The notes beneath the pieces were generated by a model. That model worked only from the letters and a program-made list of their open reading frames with translations, had not been told where the DNA came from and did not search any database. Below, one piece after another: positions 42,004-52,214 of a stretch of 64,000 bases of DNA; the stretch's first letter is position 1; each line of letters opens with the position of its first letter. This stretch comes from Gammaproteobacteria bacterium. GTDB taxonomy: Bacteria > Pseudomonadota > Gammaproteobacteria > UBA4575. The DNA is taken from assembly GCA_965221955.1 (NCBI GenBank), contig CBDCTA010000028.1, positions 1 to 64,000 of the forward strand, read 5' to 3'. The position numbers and the translations under genes are program-made.

Positions 42004-43122
42004 TCAATGATTGGCTTTTGTTAACACGCTGGTATCATTGTTTTCAATTTGAAGTACACGTGTAGGGAAAGCAATCTCTGCGTTATTTCTCTGAATAATA
42101 TCTGAAACCTTTAACAATACATCATGCTTAACTTCATGGAATTTAATCCAGTTCGTTGTTTTCGTAAATGTATAAATAAAGAAGTCAACTGAAGATTCAT
42201 TAAATTCATTAAAGTTGACGATCATTGTTTGATTGGTATCAATTTCTTCATGGTTGACTAACATTTCTTTTACATCGCTTACGATGGCATCCATCACAGC
42301 AATATCATTATATCGAATACCAATTGTTTCATAGATTCTTCTATGAGACATACGCGAAGGGTTCTCAACAATGATGTTCATGAAGATTGAATTGGGAACA
42401 TAAATAGGTCGCTTACTAAAAGTACGAATACGAGTTTGACGCCAACCAATTTCTTCCACAGTACCTTCTAATTTCTTATCAGGAGAACGGATCCAATCAC
42501 CGACTTTAAATGGACGATCTAAATAAATCATAAGCCCACCAAAGAAATTTGAAAGTAAATCTTTAGCAGCGAAACCAACTGCGATACCTCCTATACCTCC
42601 AAATGCCAAGACGCCGGAAATACTAAATCCAAGTGTTTGTAGCATAACAAGTGCAGCCGTTATAAAAATGGATGCGCGCACCAACTTTGCTAATGCATGT
42701 GTTGTGGTTAAGTCAACAGATTTACCTTTTTGGCGTTGCTGATAGACATAGGCTTTTTCAAATTCTTTTACAAAGCGAATTAAAAACCACACCAAAGTAG
42801 CAACAATAGTTACATTCCTTATTGGTTCTATTGCTCGAAAGATTTCTGCATCAGTTTGGCTAGCGACAATATCAGCAGCAAATAAAACACCAATAACCCA
42901 TACTAGAAGGCGGAAAGGTTTGTTCGCCGCTTGGATAAATGCATCGTCCCAGGGGTTAGCAGTATTTTCTGCTCTTGATGCTAATTTTCTTAAAAATAAT
43001 TTAAATGCAAAATTAACTAATAAAACAGCCAATACAATGATGAATACTTCCAACACCCATGGCTTGAAATACATCGCTAAACTTGAATCACCAAATAATT
43101 TTGTAATATCGATATTATTCAT
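42004..43122 (-). CDS. MscS-family mechanosensitive channel (YnaI-like)
   Basis: AFGGIGGIAVGFAAKDLLSNFFGG, PFKVGDWI. Confidence 0.92.
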   Translation of the reverse strand: MNNIDITKLFGDSSLAMYFKPWVLEVFIIVLAVLLVNFAFKLFLRKLASRAENTANPWDDAFIQAANKPFRLLVWVIGVLFAADIVASQTDAEIFRAIEPIRNVTIVATLVWFLIRFVKEFEKAYVYQQRQKGKSVDLTTTHALAKLVRASIFITAALVMLQTLGFSISGVLAFGGIGGIAVGFAAKDLLSNFFGGLMIYLDRPFKVGDWIRSPDKKLEGTVEEIGWRQTRIRTFSKRPIYVPNSIFMNIIVENPSRMSHRRIYETIGIRYNDIAVMDAIVSDVKEMLVNHEEIDTNQTMIVNFNEFNESSVDFFIYTFTKTTNWIKFHEVKHDVLLKVSDIIQRNNAEIAFPTRVLQIENNDTSVLTKANH

Positions 43123-43131
43123 TTTTTATTT

Positions 43132-44193
43132 TTATAGTGTGAGCTCACCGTAAGGTGAATCTTGATAGGACTCAATTTGTTTCACAGCATCTTGCCATTG
43201 TTTTGAATCTCGCAACGCGTGATATGAAATAGGTTCCTTACCCCCATGCATACGTGTTAAGCGCATTTGCGAGGCAGGATTGTTATAGTTTTTGAGTTGT
43301 TCTGCAACTAAGCAAGCATTTTCACTAGAATTACAAATTAGCGCCATATCGCAGCCAGCATTTAAGGCTTTTTGAGTGCGCAAAAGATAGTCCTCATTGT
43401 CATTCTCATTACAATGAGCTGCTTTCATGCTTAAATCATCACTAAAGATTACACCTTTGAACTCCATTTGTTTGCGCAAGATATCTTGCAGCCATAATTT
43501 TGAAAAGGTAGCAATTTCTGCATCCACATTTTTATATATTACATGAGCGCTCATCAAACCGGCCAAGCCTTGATTTATCATGCGTTGAAAAGGTATCAGG
43601 TCTTGCATGGCAATATCTTGAAACGCTCTATCATCAGTGGGTAACTCAATATGCGAATCTGCAACGACCGCCCCATGACCTGGAAAATGTTTCCCCACCG
43701 CTTGCATACCCGCACTTCGCATTCCTTGAATGTATTTCGCCGCTAAAGATGAAACGATTTCAGGATCTTTATGGAATGCACGATCTCCAATCACTTGGCT
43801 TACGCCATAATTTAAATCCAATATCGGAGCAAAACTAAAATCAACACCGATAGCTCTCAGCTCTGCCGCCATTAACCACCCCGTGGTAGAGGCGAGTTGA
43901 TACGCGCGCTTTGGCTCATCATCGTAGATTTCACCTAACCTATTTATAGCAGGAAGTTGTGTGAAGCCTTCTCGCAAACGTTGAACGCGTCCTCCTTCTT
44001 GATCAATTGCCACTAATAATCTCGGATGGCGAATTTCATGAATTTCTTTAATTAAAGCGATGAGCTTTTCAACAGAAGTAAAATTTCGACTGAATAAAAT
44101 TACCCCACCCACTTGCGGAGATGTAAGTAATTCTTGCTCTTTGGCAGAAATGCTATCTGCACAAAGATCAACCATGAGTGGACCTAGTGACAT
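43132..44193 (-). CDS. nagZ: beta-N-acetylhexosaminidase
   Basis: DQEGGRVQR, KHFPGHG..ADSH, SDDLSM. Confidence 0.96.
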   Translation of the reverse strand: MSLGPLMVDLCADSISAKEQELLTSPQVGGVILFSRNFTSVEKLIALIKEIHEIRHPRLLVAIDQEGGRVQRLREGFTQLPAINRLGEIYDDEPKRAYQLASTTGWLMAAELRAIGVDFSFAPILDLNYGVSQVIGDRAFHKDPEIVSSLAAKYIQGMRSAGMQAVGKHFPGHGAVVADSHIELPTDDRAFQDIAMQDLIPFQRMINQGLAGLMSAHVIYKNVDAEIATFSKLWLQDILRKQMEFKGVIFSDDLSMKAAHCNENDNEDYLLRTQKALNAGCDMALICNSSENACLVAEQLKNYNNPASQMRLTRMHGGKEPISYHALRDSKQWQDAVKQIESYQDSPYGELTL

Positions 44194-44235
44194 AGTGAAG
44201 TGATTATATGAGTATTCTGCTATTTTATTTCAGAC

Positions 44236-44264
44236 AAAAAAAAGGCCGCCAATATAGGGCGGCC
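44236..44264 (-). terminator. intrinsic terminator
   Basis: GGCCGCC stem (44244-50/44258-64) followed by U8 on the minus strand. Confidence 0.85.
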
Positions 44265-44332
44265 GAATCCAGGAGGAGTCGAGAATAACAACATGTCAAA
44301 TAGAGGATATTTGTATCATGTTGAGAGGCTCG
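44236..44332 (-). ncRNA. candidate sigma54-dependent small RNA
   Basis: Bounded by a sigma54 promoter and a U8 terminator; internal hairpin with UCCUC loop; CUCCUCCU motif; 5' end estimated. Confidence 0.65.
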
Positions 44333-44342
44333 TATATTAATA

Positions 44343-44358
44343 AGCATAATTGATGCCA
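44343..44358 (-). promoter_or_regulatory. sigma54 -24/-12 promoter
   Basis: Minus strand TGGCATCAATTATGCT (GG-N10-GC); IHF-like TTTCAGCCACTTA at 44378-44390. Confidence 0.75.
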
Positions 44359-44676
44359 ATATTTACAATTCCTTTATTTTCAGCCACTTATTAAAAGTAA
44401 GACGTAAAATTGTCGGTAATAACCCTATGATTTACGACAATTTTGGGCACTTTTGTGACAATTTATCGCATAAAAATTGCCCAAGTACTCTGATTCATAT
44501 AGGTTTTTGAAGTTTTATCATTACCAAAAAGCTTAAATTTTAAGCAAAAATTGGGATTTATTTAGAGATTCCGGCCTAAAGCGGGCTTTTCTATTTATAC
44601 TGATTGATTGAGCATTTGTTTTTGTATCTATGTACACCATAGATATTCGAGCACATAAAAATAATAACTTTGACCA

Positions 44677-45777
44677 ATGATTGAATCCGTATACCAAGCC
44701 CTGTTGGACAGTAATGAGTTGGTCGAAGACCCTAACCAAAAAAGTGTGATTCAAGCATTACAGATTCTTCATGATGAGCTAAGTGCCGACAACTCAGAAG
44801 ACTCCACCATTATCGATCGCTTTACGACATTTTTATCGCGAAAATCCAATACACGCAGCATCCAAGGTCTTTATATATGGGGCGGCGTAGGACGTGGCAA
44901 AACATTCTTAATGGATCTGTTTTTTTCTAATCTACACTTTCAAGACAAATTACGCTTACACTTTCATCGTTTTATGGATCAAGCCCATAAAATGCTAAAG
45001 AACCATCGCGACAAACCTGATCCACTTAAACTTGTTGCGAAAGAGTTTTCTGAGAAAGCCAAAGTTTTATGCTTTGACGAGTTTTTTGTGAACGATATTG
45101 GCGATGCTATGATTCTTGCAGGTTTGCTCGAAGGCTTATTTGAAAATAATGTGGCACTCATCGCGACTTCCAACGTAGAACCAAGCTTACTTTATAAAGA
45201 CGGCTTACAGCGTGAACGATTTCTACCAACCATTGATTTACTTCAAAAACATACAAAAGTGATTCATTTAGAAGGTGAAACTGATCATCGATTTGAATTT
45301 TTACAGAGTAATGACGTTTATAACTCCCCTATTGATGATAATTCACGAGATTGGCTAAAGCATAGTTTTCTTAACCTTGCGAACGAGCGGGTTGAACAGT
45401 CTTGGGAAAAAATTAAAATTAATGACCGTGAGATACAGACTATTCAACACACAGACACCGTAGCTTGGTTTGATTTTAAAGAAATCTGCGATGGACCACG
45501 CAGTAGTGCCGATTACATTGCTATTGCCAAGCAATTCAACACAGTTCTGATATCACATGTACCTATTCTAGAAGGTAAAGATGATCAAGCCAGAAGATTC
45601 ATTACTATGGTAGATGAATTTTATGATCGAAATGTAAAACTCATTTTGTCAGCAGAAGCTGCACCAGATAAACTATATGCCGGTTCGCGCTTAAATGCTG
45701 AATTTGAACGAACCACAAGTCGGCTCACAGAAATGCAGTCACATGAATATTTAGAAAAACAACATCATCCAGATTAA
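44677..45777 (+). CDS. zapE: AFG1/ZapE ATPase
   Basis: GGVGRGKT, HFHRFM, CFDEF, ARRFITMVDEFYD. Confidence 0.93.
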   Translation: MIESVYQALLDSNELVEDPNQKSVIQALQILHDELSADNSEDSTIIDRFTTFLSRKSNTRSIQGLYIWGGVGRGKTFLMDLFFSNLHFQDKLRLHFHRFMDQAHKMLKNHRDKPDPLKLVAKEFSEKAKVLCFDEFFVNDIGDAMILAGLLEGLFENNVALIATSNVEPSLLYKDGLQRERFLPTIDLLQKHTKVIHLEGETDHRFEFLQSNDVYNSPIDDNSRDWLKHSFLNLANERVEQSWEKIKINDREIQTIQHTDTVAWFDFKEICDGPRSSADYIAIAKQFNTVLISHVPILEGKDDQARRFITMVDEFYDRNVKLILSAEAAPDKLYAGSRLNAEFERTTSRLTEMQSHEYLEKQHHPD

Positions 45778-45798
45778 TTACACTTATCTTAAAGGAGA

Positions 45799-46779
45799 AT
45801 GAGTAAGATGAAATCCGCTGTAAGAGTTGCCATCACAGGCGCCGCAGGAAATATTGGCTATGCTGCTGCATTTAGAATTGCTGCTGGCAATATGCTTGGC
45901 ACAGATCAGCCCGTAATTTTACAACTGATCGAAATTCCACCTGCACTCGATGCGTTAAAAGGCGTGGAAATGGAATTGCGTGATTGTGCCTTTCCACTTC
46001 TTGAAGACATTATATGCACTGCAGATGTAAACCAAGGGTTTGGAGATGTAGATTATGTTTTATCTATTGGTTCTAAACCACGCACCAAAGGCATGGAAAG
46101 AGCGGATTTGCTAAGCGAAAATGGAAAAATATTTGGTCCACAAGGAAAAGCGATTAACGACAATGCTTCTAAAGATGTAAAAGTATTAGTCGTAGGTAAT
46201 CCAGCAAACACAAACGCGTTGATCGCATGTAACAACGCTCCTGACTTAGACCCTTCACAATTTACTTCTATGATGCGGCTTGACCATAATCGCGCTATTA
46301 GCCAACTTGCGTCTAAAACAGGTGCTTCAGTTACCAAAATTAATCAAATGGTGGTGTGGGGAAATCACTCACTTACCCAATATCCAGACATCAGTCATTG
46401 CACGGTAGATGGCAAAGAAGCTAAATCTTTAGTTGATGATGCTTGGTACAAAGATGAATTCATGCCAAGAGTACAAAAACGTGGCGCAGAGATTATTGAA
46501 GCTCGCGGTGCATCTTCTGCAGCTTCAGCTGCATCTGCTGCAATCGACCACATACGAGATTGGGTAGCTGGTACCAATGATTGGGTCAGCATGGGCATGA
46601 TCTCAAAAGGTGATTACGGTATATCTGAAGGACTCATGTATTCTTTCCCTGTGGTTTGTGAAAATGGAAACTATGAAGTCGTACAAGGCTTAAACCAAGA
46701 TGACTTTAGTGTTGAAATGATGAAAGCTACTGAGAAAGAATTACTTGAAGAAAGAGAGGCTGTAAAAGATCTACTTTAA
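45799..46779 (+). CDS. mdh: malate dehydrogenase
   Basis: [33 protein letters not shown]. Confidence 0.96.
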   Translation: MSKMKSAVRVAITGAAGNIGYAAAFRIAAGNMLGTDQPVILQLIEIPPALDALKGVEMELRDCAFPLLEDIICTADVNQGFGDVDYVLSIGSKPRTKGMERADLLSENGKIFGPQGKAINDNASKDVKVLVVGNPANTNALIACNNAPDLDPSQFTSMMRLDHNRAISQLASKTGASVTKINQMVVWGNHSLTQYPDISHCTVDGKEAKSLVDDAWYKDEFMPRVQKRGAEIIEARGASSAASAASAAIDHIRDWVAGTNDWVSMGMISKGDYGISEGLMYSFPVVCENGNYEVVQGLNQDDFSVEMMKATEKELLEEREAVKDLL

Positions 46780-46792
46780 TTTTTTTATTATA

Positions 46793-47384
46793 GTGAATAA
46801 AAGGTTAGCCACAAAACTAAAAGAGCTTGTTGACCTAGATTTTAAGACTAGAGAAAAGTCACGTAAGAATAATCAACTGAACAGCAACTACCCGCAAGAA
46901 ATGCAAATTGTGCATACAAATAATGCACATACGCTTAATAACATTATTGAAAAACATGACTGGCAGGTATTTCATTAGTTGGAGAAGAAAGTGCAAAATT
47001 CGCATGTATACTCACGCAGCATGCAATTTGCACCCCCACCAACTTCAAAGAAAGTTTTTAAAGTATTCATCGAATGCCGTAGATAAAGATAACGCGCCTA
47101 AGCAACAGTTGGCATACTTAAGTGATCGCATTCGTTTTAACGAAGATAAACCACAACTTTATAGAACAGTGTTAGATTGGAATAAGGAAGACGAACTCTC
47201 TTATAAATTGGAAGATCCAATAAATGTAGATGTCCGCAGAAACAAAATGGACTAGCCGCCATTTCAGAAAACTTTAGAACAACATCGAAAAGAAGTTAAA
47301 GCGGAAGGTGATCGCCCTCCTTATAATTGTATTGAATACAAACAAGCAGCAAAGGATTGGGCTAAAAGTGTTGGCTGGTGTTAA
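46793..47384 (+). pseudogene. DUF6624-like gene remnant
   Basis: Fragments in shifting frames (IIEKHDW; LAYLSDRI..KPQLY..; DPINVDVRR) and an in-frame TAG at 47253 followed by 42 more codons. Confidence 0.7.
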
Positions 47385-47429
47385 AAATAATTGTACCTCA
47401 AGAATTTATCGCACCAGCAGCCATAAACA

Positions 47430-48191
47430 CTAAAACCTTATTTCTCTCTTTATCAACATGGGTTGATAGCCAAATATTGCACTCAGGTGATGAATAAAAG
47501 CATGTTGTCCTTCGTTTCTATATTTGTTTGTTACGTTGGTATTGACTTGTCTATACTCTTTCAATAAAAAATTAATATCATCAGATGTTTGGGGAGAATT
47601 TTGCATATCTGCAATGATTAGACCAAGCCAAAGCGAACTCACGCCCATAATATACGAAGGCCAATACTTTTGTATTTCTGGAGACCAATGTGAATCACTG
47701 GTTGCATTAATACTTTGATGCTTAGGGTTTTTTGGATTGTTCATATACACTTTATCAATGAGCTTCGCTTTAATTGAATCCTTTAATATTTCATTGTTAT
47801 TTATTGCAGCAAATACAGAGGATGCAATCTCTGGCTTGCTATAAAAAATAAAAGAAAATTTGTGCCCTGAACTATCGCGAACTGCTCTACGATGAAATCG
47901 CCAATATGGAAGACCATCTTCATGTTGGGATAAGACTGGCGCTACAACGGCATGAGCAAGTAGCAAATCCATAGCCCAATTAGGCTCTTCACCCTCTGGC
48001 CAATTCATTATGAACTGACACTTCCACCAGTATGAATCATCAATTACTGCCAAACCCGGCGGAAGGTTATAGGCAGACCCTATTACAACTGAATTCGTTG
48101 GAATGATGGAAGTGGCACAACCATAAATCAACAAAAGGGTTAAAGAAAAAAACAAGCAACGTACAGAGGCTGATTTACCATTAAAACTCAT
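47430..48191 (-). CDS. hypothetical lipoprotein
   Basis: Lipobox IYGC; 253 aa. Confidence 0.65.
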   Translation of the reverse strand: MSFNGKSASVRCLFFSLTLLLIYGCATSIIPTNSVVIGSAYNLPPGLAVIDDSYWWKCQFIMNWPEGEEPNWAMDLLLAHAVVAPVLSQHEDGLPYWRFHRRAVRDSSGHKFSFIFYSKPEIASSVFAAINNNEILKDSIKAKLIDKVYMNNPKNPKHQSINATSDSHWSPEIQKYWPSYIMGVSSLWLGLIIADMQNSPQTSDDINFLLKEYRQVNTNVTNKYRNEGQHAFIHHLSAIFGYQPMLIKREIRF

Positions 48192-48227
48192 TTAACGAAC
48201 CTGTAAGATAAAATTTTATTACCGAAT

Positions 48228-48254
48228 AAAAAAGGGCCTTTAGTAGGCCCTTTT
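48228..48254 (-). terminator. intrinsic terminator (possibly bidirectional)
   Basis: AAAAGGGCCT/AGGCCCTTTT stem. Confidence 0.8.
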
Positions 48255-48280
48255 CAAACAAAACTACTAAAAAATTAATT

Positions 48281-49138
48281 TTATAAACTAACACCTTCCC
48301 ATTCCGTTACAAAGTCATTGATATACTTTGCTACTTCATCTGGACGATCTTCTTGCACCCAATGTCCGGCACGTTCTAAATATTGCACACGAGTTGGGCC
48401 AGAGATTCTTTCTTTTAGTTTTTCAGCAGCCGTGCAAGACATAAAGTTATCTGCCACTCCCCACATTACCATGGTAGGACAAGTAATTTTACTATGATCT
48501 ACATCGGTATCTGAATTCTGTGGGTCTGCAGCAATACGAATTAAGGATTTAAATCCAGTCATACCCGGCCCACGACCCCAGAACTGTAGATAATTTTGTT
48601 TGCAGTTTTTATCAGTAAAGGGTGAACCATCATAACTGCCCATGCGCATCAATGCTGGAAATCCTGCCACTGCCTGCCCTAGCGCCATCTCTAACACCTC
48701 GTCTGGTGCACCATCTAGTGCTGCCAAGGCCTCCACTTCACACACTGGCCATTGGTCGAAGCAAACGGGATTAATTAACACGAGTCGAGAAATATAGTCG
48801 CAATACTTCGTTGCAAATACTTGCGCCACACCGCCGCCATGATCGTGAGCGACTAGTATGACTTTGCCTTTTAAACCTAGGCCTTCAATAACGCCTTTCA
48901 CAGCCTCCGCCTGATTCATGAACGAGTGCTTGAATTTATCTAATGGCATATCGGACTGGCCGTACCCCACCATGTCCATAGCAAGAGTTCGATATTGTGG
49001 GAGCATAGCCTGCACATGTCTCCATAGCCGCGCATTAGTAGGAATACCATGCACCATTAGTAACGTAGTATCTCCACTGCCACTTTCTTCAATATTTATA
49101 TTGATGTCCAAACCATCAACTGTGACTTGCTGCATCAT
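48281..49138 (-). CDS. alpha/beta hydrolase (epoxide hydrolase/dehalogenase clade)
   Basis: HGIP, GYGQSD, Asp nucleophile in AHDHGG, GHWVQED. Confidence 0.85.
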   Translation of the reverse strand: MMQQVTVDGLDININIEESGSGDTTLLMVHGIPTNARLWRHVQAMLPQYRTLAMDMVGYGQSDMPLDKFKHSFMNQAEAVKGVIEGLGLKGKVILVAHDHGGGVAQVFATKYCDYISRLVLINPVCFDQWPVCEVEALAALDGAPDEVLEMALGQAVAGFPALMRMGSYDGSPFTDKNCKQNYLQFWGRGPGMTGFKSLIRIAADPQNSDTDVDHSKITCPTMVMWGVADNFMSCTAAEKLKERISGPTRVQYLERAGHWVQEDRPDEVAKYINDFVTEWEGVSL

Positions 49139-49228
49139 AGTTGCTTCTCCTGTCTTCTTATCATTATTTATAGTTGTAATAAGGCTAATAATAGACCTTT
49201 TACAGAATTATGAACATATCGAGCAGGC

Positions 49229-49258
49229 AAAAAAAACCCGCTTATAAAGCGGGCTTTT
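49229..49258 (-). terminator. intrinsic terminator
   Basis: CCCGCTT/AAGCGGG stem with an A8 run (U tract on the minus strand). Confidence 0.8.
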
Positions 49259-49276
49259 CAACAATATTAGCTAATC

Positions 49277-49750
49277 TTAAGCTGCGGTTCGTTTAGGGAA
49301 CATATGACTTCGATTTCCGCCACTTGCTTGTTGCCTCAATGCTTGATACTCAGGTTTTTGAGTAAATTCACCAAGGGAAACATTATCTAGATAGTTGTAG
49401 ATCTTTGCGCTTAGCTCATCCCAAATCTGATGTGTGATACAGCGGTCATCAAATTGCACAGTCAACTCAGAATGCTCTTGCTGAGGCTGTACATTTTCAT
49501 CAATTGCGGTGATGACTTGAGCAACAGAAATTTCATTAGGTGAACGTGAAAGACGATAACCGCCCCCTGGTCCACGTACACCAACAACCAAACCACCTTT
49601 ACGTAATTTGGCAAATAATTGTTCTAAATATGACAAAGAGATCCCTTGGCACTGCGATATATCTGCGAGTGTTACAGGCTTATAGTTATCATTAATTGCT
49701 AAATCCATCATTGCAGTAATTGCATGACGGGCTTTTGTCGAGAGTTTCAT
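49277..49750 (-). CDS. Rrf2-family IscR-like regulator
   Basis: QGISLSYLEQLFAKLRK..VRGPGGGYRL. Confidence 0.9.
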   Translation of the reverse strand: MKLSTKARHAITAMMDLAINDNYKPVTLADISQCQGISLSYLEQLFAKLRKGGLVVGVRGPGGGYRLSRSPNEISVAQVITAIDENVQPQQEHSELTVQFDDRCITHQIWDELSAKIYNYLDNVSLGEFTQKPEYQALRQQASGGNRSHMFPKRTAA

Positions 49751-49889
49751 AATCTTTCACCTTCTACCTTGAATGGCAAAAATTTGGTTTAGCCTTCCAA
49801 AAACACTAATCTTGCGGTTATTTTAACACCAACTAGTGTATTGAAAATGTCGACTGAGCCAAATTCTAGGAATTATTCTTATTCTTATA

Positions 49890-49902
49890 TATCAACAAGT
49901 TA
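49890..49902. promoter_or_regulatory. IHF consensus site
   Basis: TATCAACAAGTTA matches WATCAA-N4-TTR. Confidence 0.5.
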
Positions 49903-49921
49903 CAAGATATAGGTAACTTGT

Positions 49922-50467
49922 TCACTCAATTATGGTACTGGAAGTGGCAGCGCCCTGCAACGGAATTTCCACATTTTTAGTAATAAGTTGATTTTTGGCC
50001 TGCTTAGCTCCGACATGAAAACTATGTCCCTGGCGGTCACAGAAGGCGAGCCATTTGAATAAAAAGCGATTCATTCTCCATCGCTTGAGTAAGGATGGGT
50101 CATGCGCGTGATTAAAGGCATGAAAATCAGGCTCTCGCCGCCTGTAAGCTTGGCTCATGACCTCTGCTTGCAAGGCATCATAATAAATCCTGATTTTAAG
50201 GTTTGGATAGGCTAGAAACCGTTCATTTACATCAGAGAAATAGTAAGTCAGCGCGATGGTAGAGGTATATTTAGTCTGATCAAGGACCTGAAGATATAAA
50301 TCCATACCTTGAGCAATTCTCGACACAGCAACAGCGGGTATATCGTTTTTATCGCCAAGCAATTTGCGTAAGCGAATGTAATTACCCTCGTACATCTCCA
50401 TTAACCCTGCAAATGAACTAGGCAAAGGCGTTGCGAGTATACGTCCTTGTTGAAGGGTCTGTATCAT
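49922..50467 (-). CDS. DUF1249 (YqiB-like) protein
   Basis: YEGNYIRL, IRIYYDA..AEV, RW.MNRFL.KWL.FC..QGH. Confidence 0.82.
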   Translation of the reverse strand: MIQTLQQGRILATPLPSSFAGLMEMYEGNYIRLRKLLGDKNDIPAVAVSRIAQGMDLYLQVLDQTKYTSTIALTYYFSDVNERFLAYPNLKIRIYYDALQAEVMSQAYRRREPDFHAFNHAHDPSLLKRWRMNRFLFKWLAFCDRQGHSFHVGAKQAKNQLITKNVEIPLQGAATSSTIIE

Positions 50468-50601
50468 CTTATTAGTGTGGCATGTGCATCCACTACCTCA
50501 TTTAAAAGTTAATAAAACAATTAAAATACGTTTTAAACAAATTTATATTCGCATAGTTTGAAGTTTCTCACAAAGTTGCAAACGTGTGAAATTGGTTTTA
50601 C

Positions 50602-51039
50602 TTATCGTTGGTTATTTAGAGACCGAAGGTATAAACGTAACGCATAGAATTGTTCTTGACTCAAAGCGTCTTTTGCGATAGTTAATTTAAATTTTTTCGA
50701 ATTACTTTGCAGCATTATTACTACAAAATAATTAAATAACCACGCTGCCGAAACTACTTTCGTTTGGTATACTTTACCGTTGTTAAGCTCTATTCTGCAC
50801 TTATTGTTCGCGATGCAGTTTAAATGTTTTATAGAATCATCTGATGCAATAAAAGCGTAATGTCTAATTACAATAAATGCCATCACGACAATCAGTAATA
50901 TTACTAAACATTTAATCCATATAGGAACTGAGATAAAAACCAGCGAGATGATTGCTAAAGCGTGAAGGAAAACAAAGCTTAAAAATAAAGCTTTGGAAGG
51001 TTTTGCCGAATAGCTGAGATTAAGCGTAGATTTGTTCAA
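50602..51039 (-). CDS. YgfX/CptA-like membrane protein
   Basis: Two TM helices; overlaps sdhE; D...EQFYALR.YLR. Confidence 0.75.
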   Translation of the reverse strand: MNKSTLNLSYSAKPSKALFLSFVFLHALAIISLVFISVPIWIKCLVILLIVVMAFIVIRHYAFIASDDSIKHLNCIANNKCRIELNNGKVYQTKVVSAAWLFNYFVVIMLQSNSKKFKLTIAKDALSQEQFYALRLYLRSLNNQR

Positions 51040-51250
51040 TCACTTTATTAATGTTTTGATCTGCAGAAGTTTGTCTGCCTATCAACAAGTCATATAATTC
51101 AGGATCTTGCATATCCAACATGCGTTCAAAGGCTTGTTGTAATTCTGGCGATGCAGATTGATAAAACTCATTAAGAAATTTCTGCATTAAAACATCCAGC
51201 TCTTTGGTGCCACGTCGACAGCGCCATGCTAGCTTATTTATATTCTCCAC
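51020..51250 (-). CDS. sdhE: FAD assembly factor
   Basis: WRCRRGTKELD, DPEL. Confidence 0.93.
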   Translation of the reverse strand: MENINKLAWRCRRGTKELDVLMQKFLNEFYQSASPELQQAFERMLDMQDPELYDLLIGRQTSADQNINKVIEQIYA

Positions 51251-51287
51251 GAGCTTCTAAATCAGAAAGAACCGAGTAGATTAAAAA

Positions 51288-52070
51288 TTAATTTCTTCGA
51301 GCAGCAATCAACTTTTTAATCTCTGCTATTGACTTTGCAGGGTTTAAATTTTTTGGACAAGTATTCGTACAGTTCATAATTGTATGACAACGATATAGCT
51401 TGAATGGGTCTTCAAGCTCATCCAATCGTTCCCCAGTTGCTTCATCACGACTATCAGCAATCCAACGATATGCTTGCAATAATGCTGCAGGACCAAGATA
51501 GCGATCACTGTTCCACCAATAACTAGGGCAACTTGTAGAACAACACGCACAAAGAATGCATTCTTCTAATCCTTCAAGCTTTTCACGGTCTTCCTTTGAC
51601 TGTAATCGCTCACGATCTGGTGGCGGTGGTGTATCTGCCTGCATCCATGGTTTCACAGATGCGTATTGCGCATAGAAATTAGTTAAATCTCCAACCAAAT
51701 CTTTGACTACTGGCAAGTGCGGTAAAGGGTAGATTTTTAAATCTCCTTTATAGTCATCCACAGCTTTAGTGCATGCCAATGTATTGGAGCCATTAATATT
51801 CATTGAACATGAACCACAAATTCCTTCACGACAGGATCTTCTAAAACTTAATGTAGGGTCCATTTCATTTTTGATTTTGATAAGGATATCCAAAATCATT
51901 GGGCCACAATCATCCATATCAACTTCATACGTATCTGTACGAGGGTTTTCTCCAGTATCAGGCTCGTAACGATAAACCGTTACTTTCTTAATATTGTTGC
52001 TATTCGTAGGGCACTTAAATGTTTTGCCCGGTTTAACAACAGAATTTGCTGGGAGTGTAAATTGCGCCAT
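51288..52070 (-). CDS. sdhB: succinate dehydrogenase iron-sulfur subunit
   Basis: [34 protein letters not shown]. Confidence 0.97.
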   Translation of the reverse strand: MAQFTLPANSVVKPGKTFKCPTNSNNIKKVTVYRYEPDTGENPRTDTYEVDMDDCGPMILDILIKIKNEMDPTLSFRRSCREGICGSCSMNINGSNTLACTKAVDDYKGDLKIYPLPHLPVVKDLVGDLTNFYAQYASVKPWMQADTPPPPDRERLQSKEDREKLEGLEECILCACCSTSCPSYWWNSDRYLGPAALLQAYRWIADSRDEATGERLDELEDPFKLYRCHTIMNCTNTCPKNLNPAKSIAEIKKLIAARRN

Positions 52071-52094
52071 TCTCTTTACTCTAATGATTATTAA

Positions 52095-52214
52095 AGAATC
52101 TCTGATTTATTTTGAGATTAGGCAAAAAATATTTAAAAAGCGGAGTGTATATGAATATACATGAATATTTTGAAATATTTTTTAACGACATATTCAGAAT
52201 AAATCAGGAATTCG
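52095..52214. mobile_element. ~120-bp MITE-like palindromic repeat, copy 2
   Basis: IR GAATCTCTGATTTATTTTGA / TCAGAATAAATCAGGAATTC; same internal motifs as 2559-2683. Confidence 0.7.
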
